Source of the DNA: Dirinaria sp. TL-2023a
Taxonomy: Eukaryota
Assembly (NCBI GenBank): GCA_051941275.1
Contig: JAVEBF010000024.1
Coordinates: forward strand, 1 to 49,787
DNA: 49,787 bases
Direction: 5' to 3'
The position numbers and the translations under genes were made by a program. The notes beneath the pieces are model-generated. The model searched no databases. It was not told the origin of the DNA and saw nothing but the letters and a program-made list of their open reading frames with translations. This document shows, piece after piece, positions 1-10,816 of this stretch; position 1 is the first letter of the stretch; each line of letters begins with the position of its first letter.

Positions 1-56
1 CTCCCGACCCACCCAAACTCAACTTCTTGGCCAACGCAATTCGCTTCTATTTTAAT

Positions 57-667
57 AAACAATTTAATGAATAATTTAACAACTAGTTTAATGAGTAATT
101 CAATAGACATTATAATACACAATTTAATAGAAAGTTTAATAAAAAGTTGAACACGCAGTTTGACAAGTAGTTTAGTAAGATTTTTACTATTCTTTTTCTG
201 TTACGAGCATGCACCTGGTATACTACCTGGGGCAACATCTCCCAGGGTTCTCAGGGGTAATGCGCTAACCCGATCGGGGTGTTTACCCGACACCCGCACA
301 CACGCATATATACCCGGGACCCCCTATTGTATCTAGTTTTCCTTCTTCTTCCTTCCTTAGTGATAATATCCTTAGTTAACTATACCTGCATTGACTTGCT
401 CTGCACCGGTCCTAACAGACAGCGCCTTGCCCAAGCAGTTTGATAACATCTTGTCCAAGCACTTTACCTTCACTATGGCAGCCAGTTTGGCAGGACCTTT
501 TTATGACTTTTCGCCTTATTTTTTCCATGGCAGACAGTTAGACAGGACCTTTTTATGGATTTTCGCCCTATCTTTTCTATCGCAGGCAGTTAGGCAGGGC
601 CTTGCGCAACCAGTTTGACAGCCAATTTGGCAGCTAGTTTGGTAAGCGACTTGATGGCCGACTTGGG
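57..667. repeat. Degenerate 12-bp tandem repeat tract (consensus approx. CAGCCAATTTGG), interrupted by an LTR-like element
   Basis: 12-nt periodicity at 57-180 (aaacaatttaat/gaataatttaac/aactagtttaat..., AT-rich) and 607-667 (caaccagtttga/cagccaatttgg/cagctagtttgg/taagcgacttga). A ~50-bp direct repeat (ggcag.cagtt.g.caggacctttt...ttttcgcc.tat) lies at ~477 and ~529. Confidence 0.6.
199..417. mobile_element. LTR-like element (probable solo LTR of a retrotransposon)
   Basis: Begins TGTTACG and ends CCTAACA (TG...CA with TGTTA/TAACA inverted termini), 219 bp, with an internal TATATA box and pyrimidine tract. No clear target-site duplication. Confidence 0.55.
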
Positions 668-687
668 ACCACCCAAATGTTCGAATC

Positions 688-1330
688 GCACTAACTTTTG
701 CAATTCTTGGTTGTTTTGAACCATCGAGGGCTCGTTGAAATGCGATCGTCGAGCTCTACAACTTTCACATAGAAAACTTGGCGGCGTAAGGGCTGCTTGC
801 TAGCAGAGTTCCAATTGGATTTAGACCCGAACACGAATTGGATTTGGACCAGAAAGCGACTATGATTCACCAGTCCGGACCAATCGGAATTGGCCCCGAA
901 TTGGATTTGGGCCCAAAACCACTTGGAACTATGGTTAGAGAAAGAAAAATAGAGGAACGAGGGGCGAAGAGATCGATCGAGAAAGGGAGAAGCGCAGAGA
1001 AAAGAGAGTGCATGAAAAGAGAAGTCGAGGAGTGCTGAAATCAGAGCGCCGCATCAGATCTTCTGCTCCTCGCTGACTCAGCGGATCTGACCAACGGGAG
1101 GCGGTCCCGGGCGGAATCGGGCCCCCTTCTGTCGAACACTATGGTTAGAGATTGCTATGCAATCGCGCGCTCTCGTTTCTTTTTTTGTTTTTTTTTTTTT
1201 CCACCAAGTCCCTGAAAGCGAAATCGATAGTACAAAATTTGCACTCATAATAACTTTCGCAATTTTTCATCGATTTTGAACCGCGAGGACTTGTTGAAAT
1301 GCGCTCGTTCAGTTTTACAATGTTTGCATG
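688..1330. repeat. Transposon-derived region with dispersed direct repeats
   Basis: An ~80-bp imperfect repeat (taactttt/cgcaatt...ttttgaacc..gagg.ct.gttgaaatgcg.tcgt..ag.t.tacaa) at ~690 and ~1250; aattggattt(a/g)g.cc three times at 813-915; actatggttagaga at ~928 and ~1138. Confidence 0.5.
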
Positions 1331-1895
1331 TAATGGGAATGATCGAGTTACATCTTAGTAGATCGTGAATCGATTAGATCATGCCCCTCACCATTGGCCA
1401 GCGGTATAAGCAGGGTGTGTAGGGTACCCTATGAGCATGTGTGGATTGAATCTTTTCAACTTTGAATGAGATGTTCGTGCAAGATCAGCCTCGTCATAGT
1501 GCATAGATATACCTGAGAACTGCTGAATTAACACAAAAGTCCCGACGCAATGCCGATCAACCTTTTGGGCCTCGTGCATAGTCCATATGTATATCGTCCC
1601 AATCGAAACATTAGATTCAAACACGGACGTCACAGCTAATAGAAGATCCAAAGACATCAACACTTTCCTTTTCCCAATCTCTTCTTGATGAGAAGGCGAA
1701 GGGGATCTACACGATAGACTCGTCTCTTTTTTCCGAAAGCTGGAATAATCGAATGAAAATTCAGCCGAGTCTATACTAACGTTTTTGAAAATCTGCGCCT
1801 GCCATTATGAACGAGTCAATCGTCGGAGATTAACGGTTCTTCATTCTGTGAAGGAAATCGCTAGCGATTATACTTACTAAGATCTTATATTTTTA

Positions 1896-2256
1896 GGATC
1901 CCACTGCCGCCACACCACTCTACTCTATTACCACACCCTTTCTCTTTGCTGCCACACCGCTCTCCCCACTCATTGTGTTCATCTATCAATAATTCTCTTC
2001 AAAGCCTTTTTTGGTAGCATCTCTAACCTACTTTAATGATTTGCGTATTTGACGATGGCACGTTCGTGATGAATCATTTCATCGTCATCTCGTGAAATCG
2101 TCGTTGCTTGAAACCCGCACTCTGTCAAAGCAGAGAAATGAATACATTTCATTGCGAGACATCAAAGAGATCGAATACATCAGCATGTAAAAATGAGTAT
2201 TTAGCGAGAATGGTGGTGTGTTAGTAGAGTAGGGTGGTGTGATGGCAGTGGGAGCC
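1896..2256. mobile_element. MITE / non-autonomous TIR DNA transposon flanked by TA
   Basis: Left end GGATCCCACTGCCGCCACACCACTCTACTCTATTACCACACC matches the reverse complement of the right end, GGCTCCCACTGCCATCACACCACCCTACTCTACTAACACACC. TA lies on both sides (1894-1895, 2257-2258). No coding capacity. Confidence 0.8.
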
Positions 2257-2472
2257 TACCTTTACATGTGTCTAGACCTGATCTATCAAACAACAGATAG
2301 GATCCTTACGCGAATACGCAGAGCAAACAGCTAATAATCTCTCTATATATGCATGTGAAACTTCGTTGATCCCTCAACCCGAAGCTCTCTATTGACTTAC
2401 TGGTCCATTCACGTCATCTAGACTCCCAAGCTTCAGCGCAGTCGAAACTACTAACGCTCTGCTTTGATCATC

Positions 2473-5400
2473 ATGTCAGAAAGGCCTTCAGTTGCAGTGA
2501 ACGGGTTCTCCCATCATGACGGAGCTCGCCAGCCAGAAAACATAGAGCCACGGATGCCAATTGCTATTCTGGGGATGGCATGTCGTCTCCCTGGGGATGT
2601 CTCGGACCTCGAAAGCTTTTGGAACTTCTGCCAGAACGCTTCTAACTCGTGGACGGAATTTCCAAAGGAGAGGGTAAACCCCGCAGCCTTTCACCATCCA
2701 AATCCCGAAAAAGCTGGTTGTGTAAGCCACACATGACCATGTTCAGATCAGTGGCTAACCGTTGTGTATAGTTTCATCTGAAGGGCGCCCACTTTCTACA
2801 AAGTAGTGTGTCGTGTTTCGACGCTCCGTTCTTTAATATCACAGCGGAAGAGGCGAAGTCTGTCGACCCTCGTCATCGAATGCTTCTTGAATGTACTTAT
2901 GAAGCGCTTGAGAATAGCGGCATTCCAATCAGTTCCATTGTCGGAAAGGAAGTTGGTGTTTACGTTGGAAGGTCTTTGTCTCATTATGAGCTTCACTGTT
3001 TAAGAGACTTTGAAACAGCGCCGAGATTGCAATATATGGAGTGCGCGGACTCGCTCCTTGCCAACCGAATTTCTTACTTTTTCGACCTTCGAGGACCGAG
3101 CGCGACCATCGATACAGCCTGCTCATCTGGCCTAGCTGCTTTGCATCTAGCATGCCAAAGCCTCCGAGCTGGCGAAATTAGCCAAGCCATCGTTGGTGGC
3201 TCTCATCTCAATCTTATGCCGGAGGTGCTTGCATCTGTCTCTTCTTCGATGTAAGAAGATCTCTCCAATTATTTGAAAGTCCAGCACTCAAACATGATTA
3301 CTGCGCTCTGAAACATACCTACTTTACTTCCTAAACTCTTGGGTGGGCTCGTTGGTCACATACATCGCCACAGAAGCACCCTTGAAAATCCATGTCTTCT
3401 TTCACACCTGCTAATTAGCCCAGGTTCTACTCTGCAGAAGGGAAGTGTTATCCCTTCGATGAACGCGTCTCCGGGGGATTTGGACCTGGTGAAGGGACTT
3501 CGTGTATGGTCTTGAAGCCTCTGCAAGGCGCGATCGATTCTGGCGACAACATACGGGCAATCATCCGTAACACTGGTATGAATCAAGACGGATAGACTCT
3601 GAGAATCTCATTGCCAAGTACTGATGCCCAGGCGGCATTGATTCGTTCCGTCTATGAATCTGCTGGTCTCGATCCAACTCACACTAGATATATTGAAGCG
3701 CATGGGACAGGGACGACAGTTGGAGATCCCCTCGAGGCAGCCGCTTTCACAGCTACGATCGGTAAAAAGGCAACACCTGAAGACCCTATCTTCATTGGAT
3801 CTGCTAAGTCAAACTTCGGCCATCTCGAAGGCGTAAGCGGTATAGTCTCGATCATCAAAGCGGCAATGATGCTGGAAAATCGAATGATCTTACCAAATGC
3901 TAATTTTGAGACACCGAATCCTAAGATCAGTTCGCTAGAACAAATCTTGAAAGTATGCATTGCTTCATTGCCTGAATACAGTGAATACCATCACACTCCT
4001 ACGAACATACTTTGGCTCGTTGTCTGACTGGATGAAGGTACCTACATCGGCTTTCGAATGGGCAAGCACGGGCGTGAGAAGAGTTTCCGTCAACAACTTA
4101 GGCTTCGGTGGTAGCAATGCTCACGCGATACTAGAAGAGGCTTCGGGATTCAGCGATCGATCCAAGAGTACGGTTTTATCCAATGGTAACCGATGCCAGA
4201 TCGAAAGTCGAGTGCCCATCGCTTCAGACGATTCCGACGTCACCGCTTATCTTCTTTTCGTCCTGACCGCTAATGATGAGACCTCTGTGAAAGTCCAAAT
4301 GCAAGCTCTGATAAGGTATCTCGAAAAGCGAAGATTGGGACCAACAACAGAGCTGATGCGCAATCTGGCTTTCACTCTTGGTCAACGGCGGTCTTTGCTG
4401 CCATGGAAAATCGCGATCCCCGCGCTGACAGCAGAAGACCTGATAGGAAAGCTAGAATCTCGTGAGCAGGTGCCAACTCGAACTACCAAAGTGCCAAAAC
4501 TTGGTTTTGTCTTTACCGGTCAAGGCGCGAATTGGCAGGGCATGGGCCAAGAGCTATTCCAAACATACGCGGTCTTCTCATCAGCCATCGCAGCTGCAGA
4601 TAGACATTTGGTCACTCTCGGAGCTTCGTGATCACTCACCGGTTCGTGCATTGTCTAATTTGCAAACGGAAGATGACTGATCAGCTGACCTAGATGTCCT
4701 GTACAAGAATACAAAAGTATCTTTACTCCAATACGCTCACATTAGCCAGCCTGCTTGCACCGCTATACAACTAGCACTGGTGCAACTGCTCCATTCTTGG
4801 GGCATCCGGCCTCAATCTGTGACGGGTCATTCCAGTGGCGAAATTGCAGCCGCATTCGCTGCTGGCGCGCCGTCTTTCGAGTCATGTTTGTCCATCGCAT
4901 ACTACAGAGGTATAGTCGTTGCCAAATTGAAGGATAACCACCCGGAAATGGAAGGAGCAATGCTGGCTATCGGTACTTCCCACGAAGACGCCAATTCCAT
5001 GATAGAGGAGCTCAGAAACGGTCAAGCTGTAGTTGCTTGTATCAACAGCCCTTTCAGCGTTACTGCATCAGGTGACCTAAGCGCCATAGACGAGCTGCAA
5101 TCCGCTGCTGAGAAGACAAACCTTTTCACGCGAAAACTTCCCGTGGACGTTGCTTATCACTCGCCTCACATGGATCTTGTAGCTGAAGAATACCGAAAAG
5201 CAATTGGGAATGTCAAGCCAGCCTCTTCGAAGAGTGTACAGTTCTTTTCCTCTTTGATGGGGAGGAAAGTAAATACCCTCGCCCTAGGGAGCTCATACTG
5301 GGTAAGCAATTTAAAATCCCACTTAGAATTCGCGAGCTCGCTTCTCAATTGCTGCTCTCTGGACGAGGAAGGATCAAAACTGCAAGGCTCAGTTACTCAT

Positions 5401-8400
5401 CTGGTTGAGATCGGCCCTCACTCAGCCCTGAAAGGACCTATCAGAGATATCCTCAGCGCCGCTCCGAAGACAAAGCAGAAGATAGGATATAGCTCTGTTC
5501 TTGTTAGAAAACAAAATGCTGCTATAAGCGCGCTAAATATGGCCTCTGAATTAGTTATGAAAGGATGCTACCTTGACATGTCGGCAGTCAACTTCCCTCA
5601 AAAAGCGTCGAAACCAAAATTGCTCTTGAACCTCCCGCCCTATCCCTGGAACCACGAAACCGAATTCTGGCATGAATCACGTATCAGCCAAGATCATCGT
5701 ATGAAACCGCGTCCACGAAACGATATCTTGGGAACACTTGCGGTGGACTCCAATGACCTCGAGCCTAGGTGGCGAAACATCATCCGTCTCGATGATATCC
5801 CCTGGGTGCGTCTACAGCCTTTCGCTTCGCTTTTCAGCATCTTTTTTAATGAGTAGAAGCTGACCAACCTTTAAAGTTACGGCATCATCGAGTCCGATCA
5901 AATGCTGTGTTTCCTTTCGCGGGCTATGTGGCAATGGCCGTAGAAGCCAAGAGGCAGCACGTAGAAACTCGAATCGCTACTTGCTCCAAGATTGAACTTC
6001 GGAACATATCCAACAATCAACCTCTCGTCATTCTCGAGGGAGTGGATGTTGAGATTATGCTCACCTTGAGACCTCTCGACGAAAACTCTCGAACATCATC
6101 AGAATCTTGGGATGCATTCAAAATCTTCTCTTGGACCGAGAGCGCAGGCTGGATAGAGCATTGCCGAGGCCAAGTTGCAGCGCTCAGCGATAAAAAGAGT
6201 AACGATGTTGAAGCAGCCCATTTATCCGGTCTTGTTTGGTCACTACGGCAGGATCCAATTCGCGAGGTCGAGTCTGCTTGCGTATCAAAAGTTGACAGTC
6301 GGAAGATATACGAAGCTGTTAGTAAACTGGGGATCGACTACGGTCCGTGTATGACTATGCTTGCGGACTGCTGCACTGGTGGTCAACACGCGATGGGGTC
6401 TGTTCAGGTTCCTGATACCGCCGCGACTATGCCACGTCTATCAGAAACTCCCTTGATTGTGCATCCTGCTTTCCTTGATAACTGTCTTCAGGTAGCCTGG
6501 CCATTGCTGGGCGCAGGCCAGACTGAGATGAAAGGGCTTTATCTTCCGACATTCGTCAAGAACTTGTGCGTCCGGCTGGACACGAGAGCCCAAAATTTCG
6601 ATCATGTCAAAGTATTTGGTGCGACTGAAAAATCGCAGTACCCTTCAGAACGCCTCATTGAGTCGATCTTAGTGATTGATCCTAACGAACCTGAAATGCT
6701 ACCTGCCATCACCTTTGACGGCTTAACTATGGTATCGCTGTCTGATGGCCATTCAGCCAAAGAGAAAAGAGAAAAGTCCTTCTACTCAAAGATCCATTGG
6801 GAGCCGTGTCTCGACTTACTAGGGTCAAAGGAGTTTCAAGACCACTTCCGCCTGCCAGCAGCTCCTGATGAAGAGATGAGTACGGTGAAAGACCTTGAAC
6901 GGGCAGCTCTTTTCTACTTTGAAATCGCGCTCAAAAACGTTACTGATGCGCACTATAACTCGCTTCAGGATCATCACAAGAGGCTTTATCGCTTGATGCA
7001 AAAGCAGCTCGAGTCCGCGAAAAAGGGGGAGAATCCCGTCTTGGAAGCTCAATGGGATGCTTCAAGTGACTCTGAGCGTAAAGAGTTCTTGGAGATGGTG
7101 CGCGCCCGTGGCGTCTCCGGCGAGCTCACATGCAAGATAGGCGAACGGATCTCGGACATTCTACTGAGCGGATTAGATACCTTATCTCTCATGCTCGAGG
7201 ATGGCCTACTGGAGAAATTTTGCAGACACTCAGCCCCGCTTATTCGCAATAATGAGCAGGCCGCTCTGCTTGTCGACAGCCTAGCTCACAGGAATCCACA
7301 TCTCAGAGTGCTCGAAATCGGAGCTGGAACAGGAGGAGTCACCCTCTCGGTCCTTGAAAAACTAGACGGAGTGTCGGGCCAAGTGCCACGATTCCAAGAC
7401 TACATTTTCACTGATATTTCCAGTAGGTTCTTCGAGAACGCACAAGAAAAGCTCAAGGCGTGGAGTACCCTTGTAACGTATCGTAAGCTAAACATTGAAG
7501 AAGACCCGATTAGCCAAGATTTCGAATCAGAAGCGTTTGATTTGGTTATTGCTGCGAATGTATTACACGCAACAACACGAATGACGCGGACGTTGAGTAA
7601 CGTCCGCAAGCTACTTAAGCCTGATGGTAAGCTTTTACTCGTTGAAATTACGACCACAAGGGCTCAATTTTTTCCATTCGGCACACTCCCTGGGTGGTGG
7701 GCAGGTGAGTCTTCCTGTGAACTCGGGGCCGTATAAGGTTCTCTTGGGTCATCAAAACGTGCTAAAGAGCAGTATGCGAGGAAAAATATCGAATCGACGG
7801 TCCTCTGCTCATGAAGAATCAGTAGGACTCTCTTCTCAAGGAGACAGGGTTCTCAGGACTCGACCGTAGTCTGCACGACTATCCTGAGGAAGTGGTGCAC
7901 TCCCACAGCGTCATGCTGTCAACAGCATCAGTCACCGAGTCTTGCGAAGCTCCAAAGGACCTGATCCTCATACAAAGTCATCCATCTAGCCGATTGTCTC
8001 TCGAGTTCCTCAAAGAAAGATTGAGTGCCGCTCTTGGACGTGCTCCGTGGGTCCTCAGTCTCGCGCAAATCTCCCACCTAGACGTCAAGGACAGCCACTG
8101 CATCTTTTTAGACGAGCTTGAACGCCCTATCCTTTCCAATCTGCCTGCGTCAGATTTTCAAGCTATCCAGAATCTATGCTCCGCAGCTGGCATTCTATGG
8201 GTCGTCCAAGGCGGCCAAATGGAGTCATCAACCCCAGAATCAAGCATGGCTGTGGGTTTGGCAAGGTGCATTCGTTCCGAGAATCCCGCCATCAGACTGG
8301 TCACGCTCGACTTGGACGAAAAGCAAAAACTTCAGGTGTCTTGCACTTCAGAAGTCATTGCCAATCTTTACCAAGCAGTTTTCACCCCGACAACTCACTC

Positions 8401-10816
8401 TGGGGACAGGTCTCCGGAGGCCGAATACTTGGAAAGAGACGGTTGCCTATTCATCCCTCGCGTCGTGCAAGATACAGAAATGGATTAGTGCATCCAGACG
8501 GTGACACAGAGCCCAATTCCAGAATCTCAAGCATATCTCGAAGGCAACCGAGCTCTGGCTTTGGAAATTGGGACTCCGGGTCTCCTGGAAACGTTCTACT
8601 TTACTGAAGATGAAACTATTGGGAATCCTCTAAAGCCAGATGATGTCCAAATCCAGGTAAAAGCATCTGCACTCAACTTCCGAGATGTCATGGCGGCACT
8701 GGGCAAAGTACCTTGTGATTCTTTCGGGAATGATTGTGCCGGAGTAATTAGTGCCGTTGGTGATGATGCTTCCGATCTCAAGGTAGGCGATCGAGTGTGC
8801 GCACTCGCGACGGCAGCTTTCGCGACTGTGGTCCGCTGTGCAGCTTCCTATGTAGTCAGAATCCCCGAGACTACTAACTTCAACGACGCAGCATCGTTAC
8901 CCGTGATTTGCACCACAGTGTACCATTCTCTAGTGAACGTAGCTAGGCTTTGCAAAGGTGAAACGGTCTTGATCCACGCTGCCGCTGGAGGCGTAGGTCA
9001 GGCTGCGATCATGCTGTCTCAATCAATTGGCGCAGAGATCTTCGCTACCGTTGGTAATGCACGAAAGAAAGAATTCATCATGACCAGATACGGCCTCCGT
9101 GAGGATCACATCTTCTTCTCCAGAGACATCTTCTTCGAAAATGGCATCATGGACATCACGCGCAAGAGGGGCGTCGATGTGGCATTGAACTCCCTATCAG
9201 GTGACGCGCTCCGTGCAACATGGAGATGCCTCGCGCACTTTGGGCGGTTTGTTGAAATGGGAAAATCAGATATCCTAGCCAACAACACCCTTGAGATGCA
9301 GCCGTTCCTACAGAACCGGACATATGCTGCCGTAGATCTTCTCTCGCTTTCTTACGAAAAGCCTGCACTAATGAAGGATCTCCTGCTCAAATTGATCGAC
9401 CTCCACTCGAAAGGCGTATTCAGACCAGTCTTCTCGATTACAATCTTTCCGTACTCAAAGATAGAGACTGCATTTCGCACTATGCAGAGCGGCGACAACA
9501 TCGGAAAAATTGTGCTTCGCCCACAGCTAGAAGATTATGTCAAGGTATGCTGCTTCTGCTCTTTCGCTTATCGGTGGCGGAATTGGACTTACTGATCCGA
9601 CCTCTAGATCATGCCTCGGAACACTATGATGTCATCTATACGTCCAGAGGCGACTTATGTTATCACCGGAGGGTCGGGCGGCCTAGCATACTCATTCGCT
9701 AGATGGCTGACGGACCAAGGAGCAAAGTGCATCGTATTGGCCTCTCGTAGTGGGAAAGCGGACTCGAATATGACGAACTTGATTGAGGAGCTGAGAGGCC
9801 ATGGAACAATGCTTCTACCTCATAAATGTGATGTAACCAACAAGCAGCAAGTCAATGATCTTGTGGGAGAGGGCTTGAGCCATTTGCCACCGATTCTGGG
9901 TGTGATACACGGCGCCATGGATAATCGAGTGAGTGTCTCTTGGACCTTCTTGCCAATCTATCACTAACATGGTCTCCAGAGTGCGTTTTTCGAGAATTAC
10001 ACACACGAAGAGTTTATGGCGGTTATCCGACCGAAAGTGGAAGGTGCCTGGAACCTCCACAACACACTTCTAAACAACAAGCTCGACTTTTTTGTTTCCT
10101 TTGCCTCCGTTACCGGTCTAATTGGGAACCACGGGCAATCTGCATACTGCGCGACAACCACGTTCCTCGAAGCGTTCGCCTCGTACCGCGCATCTCTGGG
10201 CCTGGCGGCTAGTACCATCGATCTCGGCGCAGTGACCGATGTAGGCTACCTCGCCGTGCGGGGTCCCGACCTCCAGGACCAGATGAGGAATGTGATCGGG
10301 GCTGAGATCAACGAAAAGGAGCTCCTTGCCATCCTCGATGCTGCAATCAGCGGCCGCGTCGGTAAAGACTCAAACTATGCCACCATCACCGGCCTACAGT
10401 GTACCGGCAACGATGCCCAGAGTTTCTGGAGCCACGATCCGCTTTTTTCGCATATGCGCGGCAAGAATCGTACCCGGCAGAGACAAGACGTGGGTGCCGC
10501 GGCAGCATCCTCTGCCTGGAAAGGGTTGGCCGAGGCTGAGTCGTTGGCCACCGCCAGAAAAGTGATCTACGACTGTCTTGCGGCCAAGTTCTCGACAGTG
10601 CTGATGATCGATGAGGAGGACCTCAGCCCTGACAAGGCGCTTGGTGCGTACGGTACTGACTCGTTGGTCGCGGTGGAGTTGCGGAACTGGATTGGGCGGG
10701 AGATGGAAGCTACAGTGATCCTGATGGATCTGTTAGCGGATAATACGTTGGCTACTTTGACCGAGACCGTGTTTCAAAATTCAAAGTTGAGCGAGCACTG
10801 GCGCGCACAAAATTAA
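2473..10816 (+). pseudogene. Highly reducing iterative type I polyketide synthase (KS-AT-DH-cMT-ER-KR-ACP), disrupted by four in-frame stops
   Basis: Motifs: KS DTACSSG, EAHGTGT, GHLEG; AT FTGQG, GHSSGE, AYHS; DH HHRV...FP, HPAFLD; cMT LEIGAGTGG; ER LIHAAAGGVGQA; KR VITGGSGGL and the catalytic Tyr in SAYC; ACP GTDSLVAVELRNW. Several GT-AG introns (e.g. 2722-2771). In-frame stops inside exons: TAG 3593-3595, TGA 4629-4631, TAG 7823-7825, TAG 8486-8488. Confidence 0.9.

Noticed and set aside
57..1330. CRISPR-like array
   Set aside because: The context is eukaryotic, and the repeats are degenerate and tandem or irregular, with no constant repeat and unique spacer structure.
3576..3595. Micro-intron GTATGA...ATAG that would remove the first PKS stop
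   Set aside because: It is only 20 nt, is not a multiple of 3, and would delete the conserved NQDG motif of the KS domain.
3593..8488. Stop-codon reassignment or programmed readthrough explaining the PKS and P450 in-frame stops
   Set aside because: All three stop types occur, they replace different expected residues (K/R, W, Y and others), and neighbouring intact genes terminate normally with TAA, TAG and TGA.
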